A stretch of 64,000 nucleotides of DNA from the human T2T-CHM13v2.0 reference genome, Homo sapiens: assembly GCF_009914755.1 (NCBI RefSeq), contig NC_060932.1. One strand, written 5' to 3'. The notes beneath the pieces were generated by a model. It had not been told where the DNA came from. It saw nothing but the letters and a program-made list of their open reading frames with translations, and searched no databases. The translations under genes and the position numbers were made by a program. Shown one piece after another: positions 41,151 through 56,334 of this stretch; within the stretch, counting starts at the first letter, position 1, and every line of letters starts with the position of its first letter.

Positions 41151-43044
41151 TCACTCAGCTCCAGCTACTACTGAGCACCCTGCCTCACGCATCAATGTCA
41201 ATGAGAATGGAAAGAATCTGACTTGAAGATGGATTCCCTAAGCGTTCAGTCTGGTAAACTGGTGTGAATAAGTCAGAATCCAATAGGTAGCTTAATTGTT
41301 GCTTCCTAAACCCCCCAAATTTTACTTATTTGTACTAGGTAAAGGTAGAAAGCACTGGTTTAACTTAGTTGACCAAATGAGGTGAAAAGCTACATATTCA
41401 AAAAATGCACAATATGAGGAATTAGAAAAAACAAGCCCATGGTGATATTATTGGAAAGAAATATACCAGTAAGAAGACATGAAGTGATAAAAACTATACT
41501 TCTTCTTCCAGCATTTTAAAAATATTTCTATAATATGGTTCAACTGCTTCGCACAAAAAAATTTGAGTATATTTTTAACTGTATTGTCATTCCTATGAAA
41601 CAGTTCCTTCACAAAACACTCATATTTAAGGAATACATGTTTTTTTTGTTTTTATTTTTGTTTTGTTTTTTACAAAATCAAAGAAAGAAATTAAAACATA
41701 AGGCAAAAAACACTTATTTTCCTTGCTACTTAAGACTTCAAATTATGCTACTTTTTTCACTTAAAAGTTTATTTTTTTTCGGATTTCTGGAGTCAATTAT
41801 TGAAACTCTCTGAATAGGCTGCCAAAATAAGTATCTACTGATATTTTATTTCCACTTTGTAGAGCCCTAACTGAGCATTCATGTTACCAATAAAAACAGG
41901 ATATTATCTCTCCATAGTCTAAAATCCTAAATGACTTTATCAGTTTACAAATAAAATTCAAAGAAATGATCTCTTCTACTTCTACCAAGAAAAAAGCCAA
42001 CTAACCAAAATTATTAGGGAAAAAAACTCAACATTTCAACTGATAACATTCAGATGAACCTGAACAATTACAATATAGATTAAAAATTAGAAAAAATATA
42101 TGAAGTATAAACATAGCTAAATGACTAAAATATCCTCATGTTTGATTAATGAATTGTGTTATGTTTCCCAGTTAACAAATCCTTTAACCATTGACCACCA
42201 GACTTCAATCTATAAATACTTTAGAGAAGTAAATTGTTTCCATTGGATAAGCATTACTGTTTTAAGTTATACATGGCTTCTAATATATTAATTTGCAAAT
42301 TTTTACATTAGTGACCTCAGATAACAAATGCACTTTAACAAGTATCTTGTACTCAAACACCATGGCAGCTCATTTCAGGCAGCCTGCCAAAAGCAAGGGA
42401 ATACATTGCATTTTGAAATACTGAAGTTATTTAACACTTTGTCTTGAAGATATGCCTCAAATATATTATAAATTTCCTAGCTTTATCATGCAGACATACT
42501 GATTCTAATTTAATCATTCCCTCTGGTCTCAAGAACACCACTATAAACAATCATTTTACAAGGATCCAAGAGTAGGTAGTTACGCACAGTGGGTTAGATC
42601 TGTACTGATTCTGGTTATTTCATTTATTGAGATTATAAAACATTTAGGAGACAAACATGCCTATCTTGGATTCAAAAATATCACATGGATAGTTGTATTA
42701 TCAAGCCCAGAAAAATATGTTACTGTATAATCAGTGCATCAGTTTTATGAGGGGGAAAAAAATAACCCAACAATTTATAATAGCATTATAATTCTAACCT
42801 GCAATCCCCTAAAATCCCACCCTAGCGTTCATATTTTTACTACCATACTTAATAGTATAATCGATGTTTCTCTTTCTACCTCACTATTTAGCATATATTT
42901 TCCACCCAGTCACTCAATTAAAACTCCTCCCCTTCAGACTCTATAAACCACTGGGCAAAAAAAGATACCAGGAAATGGAGACTGCGTATCATCATCATAC
43001 TTAAGACCAGAGAAGCAACTCAAAGCACTTCCCATTAGGTATGT

Positions 43045-43119
43045 TATATACATATACATATGTACACATATGCACATACATATCTATACACATATACATA
43101 TGCATACATATATGTACAT

Positions 43120-43157
<38 letters not shown>
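43045..43157. repeat. Degenerate (TACA/TA)n plus (CA)n microsatellite
   Basis: Read directly. Pure CA run at about 43122-43156. Confidence 0.95.
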
Positions 43158-43184
43158 CCATATAACCATTTACTGATGGAAGAG

Positions 43185-43460
43185 GATAACATTTACTGAG
43201 TGTATCCTATGCACTGGGCACTGCACTTAGCATGATTCACATATTATATTATTAATATTTAATCTTCAGAGCAACCCCATGAGGTTATAAATAACTAAAG
43301 ACTCAGAAAGTACTCTGGCCAAGGTTACTTAGGTAGAATGTTAAGTAAGGTCTAAAGACTATGAGCTCATTAAGGCAAAGGACTATGATCTCTCTAGTTC
43401 TACATTCCAGTGCCTAGCACAGGGCCAAAACATGGGTGTTTCAATGTCTGGTAATAAAGT
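43185..43460. mobile_element. MIR fragment (-) followed by an L2 3' end (+)
   Basis: aacatttactgagtgtatcctatgcactgggcactg...aaccccatgagg, then agactatgagctc...ggcaaaggactatg...ccagtgcctagcacagggcc. Confidence 0.65.
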
Positions 43461-44083
43461 GATATTTGAACCTTAGTCAATAATCCAAGCCACAGCTCCA
43501 TTCTCACCAAAAACAAAAACAAACAAAATTATAAAACATACTCCAGACTATGTGCAGCAGTGAGATGTATTATTATTACAGGAAAAGTGTGGGCACAGGA
43601 AATTTTATCAAACGTGGCATAGTGCACATTTTACTAAAGCAAGAAAAGATATGAATTTTTTAAATATTTCCTTTTTGCAGGCTGTGTTTGTATTTGATTT
43701 GATTCTCAAGATTTTCCAAGAGCTTGGCATGTTGATGGACTTGTCTACCAAGAATACATTTTATAAAACTCTAAAGTATTTTTCCGGAACTTCATCAGAA
43801 ACGGAGGTTAAACTACTCACTTTTGTTTTACTGTTTATGCACCCATTAGGCAGCAAGTACACACTTGAGGCTCCTCGCTAGCAGTATTGCTTACTACTGA
43901 GAATCTGCATGTTCAGCTTTGCTGGCTTTTGTCAATATAGTGGTAGTTATATAGGCTGTTGGCTGTCTCTTTTCTAGATTTCTGTTTCTTTGGGCTTTGC
44001 AAGCATCATAAACTTTCTTTACTTTTAAAACCTTCTTTTCAAGTAATTGGCAATTTTGGAGTAAGTTAAAGTTTTTGAATTCA

Positions 44084-44435
<352 letters not shown>

Positions 44436-44803
44436 TCAAAAGGAGTGTCGATACACCACTATCATTGCCACCACATTTCTATATAAATTTATGACAGAAA
44501 ATCAATCATGACAATCAACACCCTTTGCTCTGTGCATTATAATAATGTCATTTTCTATTGTCTCAATGTGTGCTCAAAAACAAACATAACATAAAGATGC
44601 AATTTCCTAAAAAAAAAATTCAATTTTTTCTTCCCTTTTTAGACATGCAGCTATACTGATCCACTTTTCCAAAGCCACTTATCCTCTCAAATGTATCACA
44701 GTATATATAAACTGTTCTGGCTGATTACTTAGAGCAGGGCTTAAATTACAGGAAAGCCAAGGCAGAGAGGAAATCTATATGGAAAAATTCCCCACCCATC
44801 CGA

Positions 44804-45221
44804 CACATGAGTTTTCTAGGGCTGACATAACAAATATCACAGACTGGGTGGCTTAAACAACAGACAGTTATTGTCTCATAGTGCTAGAAGCTGGAAGTTT
44901 AACATCAAGGTAACAGCAGGGGTGTTTCCTTTTGACAGCCGCAAGGAAAGCATCTATTCCAGGCTTCTCTCCTTGGCTTATAGAGAGCTATCTACTCCTT
45001 ATGTCTTTTCAAATCATCTTCCCTCTGTGCATGATTCTATGTCCAAATTTCTCCTTTATATAAGGACACCAGTCATATTGGATTAGGCTCACCCTAATCA
45101 CTTAATTTTCACTTATTTACATCTATAAAGATCCTATCTTCAAATAAGGTCACATTCTGGGGTACTGGGGGTTGGGACCTTGACATACGAATTTTGTAGG
45201 GTCACAATTCAACCCATAACA
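44804..45221 (-). mobile_element. MaLR solo LTR (MLT1A/B-like)
   Basis: ctagggctgacataacaaatatcacagactgggtggcttaaacaacag...taaggacaccagtcatattggattagg...cacaattcaacccataaca. Confidence 0.88.
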
Positions 45222-45296
45222 TCCTCCATTCAGGGACTGGTGCTTAAAAATCCTCCACAAAATGTGTAGTACGCCTGACTGATGCACTTTTTGGCC

Positions 45297-45460
45297 GCAA
45301 CCTCCCTACAAAAATGGCATATATAGAGAGAGAGAGAAAGAGAGAGAGAGAGTGTGTGTGTGTGTGTGTGTGCAACTTCCCTACAAAAATGGCACATATA
45401 TATATATATATATATAGGGAGAGAGAGAGTGTGTGTGTGTGTGCGTGTGTGTGTATACAT
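45297..45460. repeat. Two-copy unit: unique 25-bp head plus (AT)n(AG)n(TG)n compound microsatellite
   Basis: gcaac(c/t)tccctacaaaaatggca occurs at 45297 and 45372, each followed by the same array order. Confidence 0.9.
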
Positions 45461-45566
45461 ATATTACTTTAGGTCAGTGCTAGACATAGGAAAGAAGTCA
45501 ATATGTATTTATCAGAAATCAAAGAGTGTGCGTGCACGTGCACACATACACACACACACACATACA

Positions 45567-45856
45567 TTTCTAGAGATGGAATCTCACTGTGTTCTCCCAG
45601 ACTGAAGTACAGTGGCACAGTCATAACTCTTTTTAGCCTTCAACCCCTGGACTCAAGTGATCCTTCTGCCTCAGCCTCCCAAGTACCTGGGACTGCAGGC
45701 ATGCATCACCACACCCGGCTGATTTTTAAAAATTTTTTTAGAGATAGGATCTTGCTGTGTTGCTCAAGCTTATCTCTAACTCCTGGCCTGAAGTTCTCCT
45801 CCCACCTCAGCCTCCTGAGGAGCTAGGGTTACAGATACGACCAACCATGCCCAGCT
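45567..45856 (-). mobile_element. AluJ with a tail degenerated into (CA)n
   Basis: Antisense dimer gagatggaatctcactgtg...ccaaccatgcccagct with J-type features. Confidence 0.9.
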
Positions 45857-46714
45857 ACAAGTCCATATTTTTGATCATTTAGAAATATCTCACATGTTTT
45901 TAAAGTATTAGAAATACAGACTGGGTAAACCCTATAGAGTATCATTATGAAGCAAGTACCTCCTAAGTGTCGGGCACATGCAGGTGATTATCTGAATCCT
46001 CAGAAATGATCATTTGAAATATGATTCAGGCCATGGCCAGGACTGCTATGCTCAGAATCCCCTGGGCCTTGGGCACAGCACATACATGATTGCCATGGCA
46101 CTGACCAGTCATCATTACACAGTGGCAATGTGCTGTCCATGTGTGATAGCTAAGTACTATTATAACACAGAGCTAATACAACAATATGGCATATCTCAAA
46201 AATCGTGCCCTAACCTCAGATGTTAGTTTATACAAACATATATAGAAAACTATGCTAACGTTTCAGACACTAGGACAAGACGACTAGTGTTTCCAATGAC
46301 TTGGCAAGACTGCCTTGCATTGGCCTACCAATTCCCTGCCCCTACCGATCCTCTCCCTGTGGTATGTCTACCATGATGAACTTGAGACCTGAGAAAATGA
46401 GCTGATCAAATATTTCCTATTTGATGCTACCTAAAAACCCTTTGCTGTAAGCAGAATCCTTTTACGTTACTGCAGAAAAGTTTAATTTGGATATAATTAA
46501 TGCACCTGAGTATTGATTCTCACCAGCCCTCAAACTCAGCCCTCAAGTAGACAAACTAAGGGTAGAAATGACCATTTCCTTTTTTTTTTTTTTTTTTTTT
46601 CAGATACAGACAGAGTCCTAGGGAGGTCAAGTTCACAAGACCACTAATTTGGCAGAAATGTGGTTTCCATCATGGTCTCTGACTCTGAATCCATTCTGGA
46701 TTTTCTTTAAGTGT

Positions 46715-46960
46715 CTCAAGCATTCAATATACTATGAAAGCTAAAAGCTGCATGAAGCACTGAGAATTCAGTGGTGAAAAAAACACAGTCCTTAATCACA
46801 GGGAGTTCATAGTTTAATGGGAGAGAATGATCATTAACTGGGTAATCAAAATGAAGCTGTAAGTACTATGACAGAGACAACCTAGTAAAATATGGGTAAA
46901 GTTTATATGTAGACTTGGACAAGTTAGAGAACGGTCTGCAGTAGAAGTGATGCCTTACAT
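46715..46960 (-). mobile_element. L2 3' fragment
   Basis: aagcactgagaattcagtggtgaaaaaaacacagtcctt...gggagttcatagtttaatgggagaga. Confidence 0.65.
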
Positions 46961-47374
46961 AGGAAATAATCTGTGATTATGTTTCCAGCATAGTCTGAAA
47001 GTACCTTCAGATAAATAAACAAGCAAAGTCCCACGCAAAATCATATCTTGTTTTTTAAGAATATCATATTTAGCTAGTCCATGACTATAGGAAAATTTAT
47101 GCTTTGGAAAATAATGTAACTAGAACAAAAAACTGACAAATGACTTTACATTTTGGGTAACTTTTGTGTAACCTTGCAAACAGTTTGGTGGTAGAGTTTT
47201 CCCAAGTAGGTGAAAGCAAATCTACACTGACAACTGAGGCATTAGGGAAACAAAGAAATGGAGTTGAATGGCCTAGTAATCAGGGCAATCTGGATCTGAC
47301 TGCTCAGCAATCAGGACTATTATTCTTTACTTCTTAGAACTGCCTTGTCGATTATAAAATGAGAGCTTGCTCTA

Positions 47375-47580
47375 TCCATATTTCTCAATGGGACACCACT
47401 GGCATTCTGCAAGGGACATGATTCTCTGTGTAGGAGAATTCCAAACATCATATGGCCTTTAGCATCCCTGCCCCTCAAAATGCTAGAGGTGCTCCCATTA
47501 TTGTAACAAAAATACATGCCTAACACTTCCTAATTCTCTCACCAGCCCACTGTGGAGTACAACCCACGATGGAAACCAAG
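47375..47580. mobile_element. MER20-like hAT MITE relic
   Basis: tttctcaa...cactggcatt...tttagcatccctgcccct...ttgtaacaaaaa...ggaaacca. Confidence 0.5.
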
Positions 47581-48589
47581 AGAGTAAATAGACTAATTTC
47601 CCTTCAGGTCTATTATTCTGTCATCTGTAACTATGTTTATATCCATCAGACTAAGACCATCTCCTTATTAGTGATCTCCTTATTAGTGAGTATGCTATTT
47701 TTTAAACATACTTTTCTCAGTTGAAATAAGTCACCTTCAAGTTCAGGTTCAATAACATTTTATGAAATAACAGTGTCATTGGTGGTTTTGGAGATTATAT
47801 AAATTCATCTGGAGTATAAATTTATCATTTTATAGATCAGATAACTTAGTGAAATTGTAGCATAGTTAATTAAGAGCCAGGTCTCTGGCACCTCATCCAG
47901 GAATCTTTATGGCATTGTACTTCCACCCATTTGGCGTCCCCATTTTCCTGAGTTCCCTCCTACTTTGGTAAAATGGGCATTTCATAATTTTGAGGAAATT
48001 TTCTCGTAATAGTGCAGTTCTACTTACTGTTCTCAAAGAGACCATCTTCTTAGTAGCTTGTAAAAACACAGAAAAAAAAAATGTGCCTACCCAAGGTGAG
48101 CAACTGTTCCGTTGTTTAATGGGAGGCCCTAGAGCATGAAAAAGTGAACATATTGCAATCTTCCTCTACCAAATTTTATCTTTGGATTTCAATCATGCTG
48201 AATCAGTAGCAATTATCCTCAAATTGCTATTTCATGACTCCTGACAACCTTTGCTTTATACATTTCCTCACAAAAACTGGTCACATGAGTTGAGAATCTA
48301 TTAACTATTCTAAAATAGTCCCAAATGCAGAAAGATCACAGAAAATTAATATGCATATAGAAGGAAGACGTTGGTGTGATGAATGCTAATTTCTATGGCA
48401 CTTGTGGACAACTAAGATGTCATTCTTAGTCATTCTCACATTTTGCTACCTGACATCTGCCAATAAATATTAGGAACGTTCATCTGCTTTTCCTTAGAAG
48501 GACACACAGAAGGAAAGCTAATATTCATATAGTATATATGAATCACAAAACAGTTTAGAAAATATGACCATTTGATTCTTATAAAATTC

Positions 48590-48950
48590 TGTGGTCATCC
48601 ATTGCCATTTTACAGTTGAGAAAACTGAGAGGAGAAAAAGATAAGTAACTTTCCCAAGACACATCACAGCTAGTGGTGGTTAAGTCTTAAATATAAATCT
48701 TTTTACTACAGATCTCACACACTTTCCTTACCCAAGACTCTCTCCCATTTGCTGTGACTTCTGGGTATCCCCACAAAACCCCAAAGGGGCCTGCTAATAT
48801 AACACTTGCACCTATTAATGTGCCTGCCTCCTCACAGCAGACTGTGAATTTCTGTATGCTAAGAACCACATCTGCCTTACTTTTATATAGCCAACACTTA
48901 GCGTAACACCTGGCACATAGTGGGCACCTACTAAATGCTCACTGAATACA
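48590..48950. mobile_element. MIR core (-) and L2 3' end (+)
   Basis: ccattttacagttgagaaaactgag...taagtaactttcccaag, and agactgtgaatttc...cctggcacatagtgggcacctactaaatgctcactgaat. Confidence 0.7.
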
Positions 48951-49417
48951 TAAAGAATGCCACCTCAGGGTTAGTTGCATATTTATTCTTTGTAAAAATA
49001 TTAAGAGTTAGTAGAATTATCAAAGGTAGCACATGGTGAAATGATGTTATTACTAAATATTGAAAGGAAAGATCATGAGAAAATTCAGGTAATATTATAG
49101 TCAGCATAGTCAAATTTGAGTATTCTCATAATTGTTTATTAACAAATAAGTAAGAAGTTGAGAATATAGAAATTAGGGCAATATACTTTGATAAAGTCCT
49201 GTAACTGGTCCCAAAATTGACATCATATTCCTATTCAATGATCCTGTCATTACACAGGAGTGTGAATGAAGTGGTCAAAACAAAGAAACCACAGTTTTTA
49301 ATATAGTTTAAATTAAAAAGGCTACATTTATGCAAGGTTTTATCTGTATAAAAAGAAGATCCTACCAACTGTACTGGGATCTCCAGAGAACAACAGATTT
49401 ACCATAAAAAATTCCTA

Positions 49418-49745
<328 letters not shown>

Positions 49746-52700
49746 TTCATTCATTCGTCTATTCAACAAAATATCTACTTGATGCCAGGCACAAAGAAGA
49801 CAAGAAGAAGCTTCAAGGAATATGTATTCTAGTTCTATGATTTCCATACTTTTTTCCCAGACAGTTCTTTTTCCATCCTCAAATGAAATCTTAGTAAGAA
49901 CTCTAATATACAAAAGAGATAAAACAGAGGTTTTCTGGTTAAAAGGGTAGGAGAGGACCATAATAGGTCAACTTTCTTTTTTCCTTAGTAGCCAATATCA
50001 CCCCAGAAGTCAATTTGTCCATCACTGGTCTAGTCTTCCAAACATTTCAATTTTAAGCAAAGGTTTTGATTTTCCTCCCAACCATATGACAGACATCTAT
50101 ACGGATGCACTGTGTGTGTTCCCCCTTATACCAATAAGTATTCTTTCTCCATTTCTTCACAAATCCCACACTTTGTTATTGTTCTTTTTTTTTAACTTTC
50201 TATTCACTCTTCTTCCATTCTCTCCATTCCCAGTGTGTTTGTTGCCTTCCACTCTGAAAGTACTGAACATCAGCCATGGTTCTTTGATACATCCCCTATA
50301 CAAATACAGGATGAGTTTCTCACAGCACCTTGGGATGGAGGATCTAGGCAGGATTCCCTAAGGTAAAAAGCAGCAATCCAGACTGAAGCACTCAGTTTTA
50401 TATATAACAGACAGTAAGAAGCCACTGCACTTCCTAATCACAGAGAGCCTCTTATAGACTTTGCAGAACAGACCACAGGAAAGCACTGCATATTGGGGAT
50501 GTGCCAAGGTGTTTCTACATTAGCATTTTACCATCTTAAGAATTTTTTAACTTTTAATTTTACTCATGGAAAATAGTACTATGTAGTACCTCAAAATGGC
50601 TTTATCTAAGGCATGTAAACCCGAGCACCATTTACCCTGTTAAGGACACCATGGCCTGTCTTTCACTGTGAATGACCTAAAACATAAAAAGAGCAAAATA
50701 TCAAGATCTCTCTCTATGGGGTAACACCTTCACAGGGCAACCAAGATAATATCTTCACAGAGCCATAACAAAAGTGGGCAAGGTCCCTGCACCCATCTCA
50801 GGGATGAATTAAGGAGACAAAAGAAGGGAGTTGAGGGGAATAATACATTTACCTAGAAGCATAAAAATATGTTCAATATGAACAAGTAAACTGATACTGA
50901 GACTAGAGCTGATGGCTAGCTGGAATGCGTCATTACAACCTGACCAATTGTTACTATACAACAGAAGACTTCTTCCATTCAGCCTGGAAAATAGTCACTG
51001 TCCTAATCACTCCCTAGAAATAATCAATGACCCAATAACTGAAGTGTTAATCAGACACCTCCTAGATCCTGATCCAGCTCTTGGAATGTCATCCACCCTA
51101 CAGGCCACTGCTTTGCTCTACGACCTATTAAAATATTTTCGTATTACTGTTGCTGGAGACTCATTTCAAATATAGCAGTTTTTGTGGTAGAATTTCAAAG
51201 AAAAACCAGACAAAACAAAGAGTTTACTTCATAAGCCATTCTTTTAAATGCATAACTGTTTCACAGATTCAATAATACTAAAATATCTCATATTATAATC
51301 AGGCATAAAAAGTATTTACCTTTTGTTTCTTTTATTTAGTTAGAATCAAGTATACAGCACCTTTTAACACTGACAGTATGTGATTAAACTGATGGGCTCA
51401 TGTTCATATTCAAGCACTTCAACACTTTTGGAATGTTACTGCCTTCTGACCCAGTTCTTTAAGACAAAGAACAGTTATCATATTTCCAGAGCTCAACATG
51501 GTGACTCATAGAGGATCTCAACAAAGTTGACTAAATGCATTACAGGATTATTAAAATGCAGTAACTCTCAAGTAGAAAATTAAAAGCCAGACTCAAGTCA
51601 GGCAATCAATGAAACAATTTTAATAAATTTTAGAAATCTTGATACTACAATCCCATTTCTAAATTTCCTCCAAAATTTATCAGATTGCTTCTGTGAATAC
51701 CAGGGAGAAACAGAAAGGAGAATAAGTAACTGGTACAGGAATCAGTGAATAAGGTCTGCAATAGCGTATTCCCACTGCAACTCATATAGTATCTGACATA
51801 TAATTAGAAGCAAAATAAGAGAAATAATCTAAAAGTCAATGTATAGTTTACAAAAATATTCACAGATATCCCACTGAATATTTACAATAACTTTTAATGT
51901 ACATTTTGTAGATAAGGAAGCAGAGAATCAGAGAATTTCCCAGTAGTAAGCAAAAGAGATAAGAATTAAATGGTTATTGAATTAATAAATGCCTGGCCTG
52001 AGCCTATATAAAGTCTTTGGCACAAAATAAACATCCAAAGGCAACTCCTTTTCATTTAATTGTCAGGTCAATTGTCATTTTCTTCAAGATGTCTTCTTGA
52101 AACACTAGAATAGGCTAAATCTCTTTATTTTGTGCCTTTCTAGTCCTGATTTCTCTTTTAGCATTTATCCAACTTAAATAGTTTTATAAAACTGTCTTCC
52201 CAACAGATCTAGAAAGAACTGCCTTACTTTAATCGCAACCCAAACAAGTTCCAGACATTCCAGCAACTATTTGAAAATATCATGAGTATATCTTGAGTAT
52301 ATCATGAGTATACCTTATTTACCTTTGTATCTACCCAGACCTGGCATAGTGCCTGGCGTTTGCTAGATGAATGAATAATAAATGAATAAGACTAAAGTAA
52401 AGTCGGTACACTTAATTTGGGTTTTAGAGTATGGTTTAAATCCAAAGAGAGATTAAGATAAAATGAATGAAGTAAAACATGATATTCTGTAGCAGAGTAT
52501 ACAAACAGGTATCTAACCAGATAGAAAAAGAAGTGATTGTTTATAGATTAAAAAACTGATGGGAAATAGACAGTACTTGGAAGAAACTTCAATTACTTAT
52601 GACCTGGTAGAATTCTAATTTACTAAGGAATAACACTGATGGATTCTTGATGTGCTTTGCACCATTCTTCCATAACTTGGATTATGAAAGCAAATGTAGG

Positions 52701-52841
52701 AACTTCTCTAAATTTGACTCTAAGATTTTAAAAAATGGTTTGTTGCAGAGTATACAAGAGGAATCTATACAGAATTATTTTTATATAAGAGCACAATGTG
52801 TGACTCATATCAGTCGTTGCCACTCACAGATTTGGATTTTA

Positions 52842-53015
<174 letters not shown>

Positions 53016-53249
53016 CAGATTTGGATTTTAGAAAAGGTTGATTCTCAAAGTTTCAGATAAAGTATTTTAGTATGATCCCACGGACACAAATGCTAAAATG
53101 GAAAAGACCTCATAATTGAGTCCCAGTTAGAAAACATTGGCTTAAATGTGAAGTGCCAAAATGGGCAGCCACAAAACAAACACATGAGAACTTGGTAGAT
53201 AACAGGAAAGTTAGTTTACGCATGTAAAATTTGTACTTATCTTATGCAT

Positions 53250-53460
53250 TATAGTGATATAAATGGGCGTTGGAGCTAGAGAAGGCAGAATTTGAACATT
53301 GGCTCAGCAATTTACCAGCTAAGAGATATTTAAGTTAGCAGTTTGTCCATCTATAAAATGGAGACAACACGCACCTGATAAAACTTCATGAAGATTAAAT
53401 GGGACAATATATAAACTACATTAATAACATAGTTAATGGCACATAGCAAACAGTTAAATG
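53250..53460 (+). mobile_element. MIR SINE
   Basis: cagtttgtccatctataaaatggagacaac...atgaagattaaatgggacaatatataaa...tggcacatagcaaac. Confidence 0.75.
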
Positions 53461-54446
53461 TGCATGTCCATGAATATGTGCATGCGAGTGTGTACAGGTG
53501 CAGTGGTGTTGATGTTGTATTATTAGCAGTATTATTTATCAATCATTTTTATCATCCTCGTGGCTATAATGGTATCATATTGGGAGTCACATTATCATTA
53601 TTATTAGCATCCCATCAGCAATATCATCAAGATCATCATTATTCCCAATAATCTATACTTTGAACAAGAATAAAGTTATGTTAATTCATGTCAGAGTAAG
53701 AAAAATAGCAAAGAATATATAAAGCTTAGTGCTTGAACATATGTGCTATAACAGAATCCAGTAAACAGCAGAACATCTTGAATCCTATTTTGTTTCTGCT
53801 TCTCTATCAAGGAAAATGATCATAAACAGTGAAAGGTAGTACACATGTGATTAGGAGAGGGCTAAAACCTGAGATTAAAAAACAAAAAAGTGAAACTAAG
53901 AACGCACTATAGTTATCTTTAAATACAGACAATTTATATTCTGGGGGCAATGGGACAATTGGTAAGTAAATGTGATCACATAACTAGGGTAGATAATATT
54001 TGTGTTGTCACAAGGAACGGGAAAGTGGCCAAAACAAGATGCAGAACAATTGTGAAACCTATGTTGAAAAGGTTGGCAGGAGAGGAATTTTCAAAATTGC
54101 AGAACAGTGAACATTGATCGCTAGTGAAATTCTAGCAGAGATGTTTTGTAAGCACACAGAGAAGGGAGTAGTGACCACCAAAAGCGAGTATGTCAGGAAT
54201 ACTGAATAGAAGCTTGGAATATCTGACCTCAACATTTCTTCCCCAGAGACTGTTAAGAATTAAAATTCTATGATTCTGTCATTTTAGCCAAATCAAAGGA
54301 AAGAGAACTGGAATAGAACACCAGACCTCAGTTCCTGCCACTAAGCTGGCTTCAAACAAATCATGTCAGAAAAAGAAAAACAAAAAAAAAGAAAAAAAAA
54401 AAGGTATCCTTCTTGCTTTGAATAGCTAAATAGAAAATAACCTGCC

Positions 54447-54746
54447 CTTTTTTTTTTGAGACAGAGTCTTGCTCTGTCGCCCAGGCTGGAGTGCAGTGGC
54501 ACGATCTAACCTCACTGCAACTTCTCCCTCTCAGGTTTGGGCAATTTCTCTTGCCTCAGCCTCCTGAGGAGCTGGGGCTACAGGCACGTGCCACCATGCC
54601 TGGCTTTTTTTTTTTTTTTGTATTTTTAGTAGAGATGGGGTTTGACCATGTTGCCAGGCTTGTCTTGAACTCCCAGCCTCATGTGATCCACCTGCTTCAG
54701 CCTCCCAAAGTGTTGGGATTACAGGCGTGAGCCACCGCACCTGGCC
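54447..54746 (-). mobile_element. AluS, full length
   Basis: TSD tagaaaataacctgcc at 54431-54446 and 54747-54762. Confidence 0.95.
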
Positions 54747-55310
54747 TAGAAAATAACCTGCCTTTGATGAGAGACTGGTCCTCAATCCTCCGACTTGACC
54801 CAGGAACATGCCATTTCACTCTGGTTAATCTTGCACAGAGTGATATATCATATATCAATTCTGACACAGAATAGCACTACTGTATATTCTAGCTACAAAT
54901 TAAATTGAGTAAATTTTTAAAAATGGTCATTTATCAACATGATTTCCTAATTAGAATGTTTGAAATCAACTGTCCATTTGTTACAATGTTTTACAAATTT
55001 AAAGGGTTTTTTAACCTGTGAAATATATTTTCTGATTCAAATATTTAAAAATCCACATAGAATTGTTGCTGAGTGCTTATAAATAATAGAAAATATTAAT
55101 AGGCATCTTCAAATACAATTTCCCCTTAATAATTTAACGGCAAAGAATATATGGTTATATGTCAATGGAAACAACCTGAGTATAGACAAGAAAAACTGAT
55201 GTTACAAGAATAGAAAAAAGTAAGTATAGATCAAAGTCCTGATAACATAACAGGAGGGGACACCACAAAACAGCAACATCATCAACCTTGGTTGTCATAG
55301 CTGTTATTTT

Positions 55311-55353
55311 TATCATTTTCTTCATCACCATCATCATCATCATCATCATCAAC
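55311..55353. repeat. (CAT)n trinucleotide repeat
   Basis: Read directly. It explains the poly-Met ORF at 55155-55355. Confidence 0.9.
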
Positions 55354-56280
55354 ATTGCTAACGTTTATTGACTTTGAGAGAAATACTAGTTTTATGGGAA
55401 GAGAAGAAGGTATAAAATAATCATTTTGGATACTAAGAAAGCAAACGTACCATAGAAGGAGTAGACTATTCAGCAGAGTTGAGTGTCTGAGATTTATGAC
55501 GATGAATTTAAAGTGAGACCAATCACTAAATTTTTTTTTCAGGTATGTTCAATTACTTAAGTACAAGCACAGGATATATGTATAGCTGAATTTACAAAGA
55601 ACTAGAGACTTGCCTGATGAGTACAATGAAAGAAGAAACAGAAGAAGAATTTAAATATGCTTCTAAGGGAGGGATTATAATGTCTTTCAATTATTACCCA
55701 ATCCTGCAGGTGTGTTTTATAACAAGCTTTGTGATTAGTCTCTGATTACTTTTCCAATATTGTATTTTTCTCTCTCACTTACCTTTAATACGTAAGTCCA
55801 CAGACATATTCAGCTCCTTGCATGTTCCTAAATACATCAGAGGTTCTATCATATTTACTCAGGTACTACAATTAAATGTATTGAACAAAGTAGATACTAA
55901 AAAGAAATGCATTGAATAAATGCATGAAGGAACACCTGCTTGAATAAAATAATGAACATAAAAGTTCAACTAAAAAGAGATTCCAACAAATGCACTGCCC
56001 AATGTAAAAGTTACAATCTGTAATTATTAACTTCTGTGTCTGTGGAAGGTAAATGAGTCTGATTAGGCTTGTTCATCTGTGTTCTTTAAGAAAGGAAAAC
56101 AATTAATATTTGTTATAACTCAAGGTGATTTTATAAAATAATATCAAAAAAGAGATAATTACATGATAGAAAATAAATAATCAGAGCAACTGACATCACT
56201 ACCAAGAACATTCCTAAACAAACCTGAAAAAGAAAAGTTCAACCGATGTATCACCAAAGTTTTCCCAAAAAGTATCCTGG

Positions 56281-56334
56281 ATATGTATACAAACTCACAT
56301 TCATGCATATGTATACAAACTCACATTCATGCAT
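56281..56334. repeat. Perfect 26-bp tandem duplication
   Basis: atatgtatacaaactcacattcatgc twice. Confidence 0.95.

Noticed and set aside
43681-43806. Plus-strand exon candidate after a strong acceptor (tttcctttttgcag), open frame AVFVFDLILKIFQELG...
   Set aside because: No convincing donor (gag/gttaaa) and no recognisable protein. Cannot be supported without transcript data.
55155-55355. Poly-methionine ORF
   Set aside because: Artefact of a (CAT)n microsatellite.
55783-55827. 45-nt minus-strand exon candidate with an AAG/GTAAGT donor
   Set aside because: Poor acceptor context, and the segment resembles degenerate L2 sequence.
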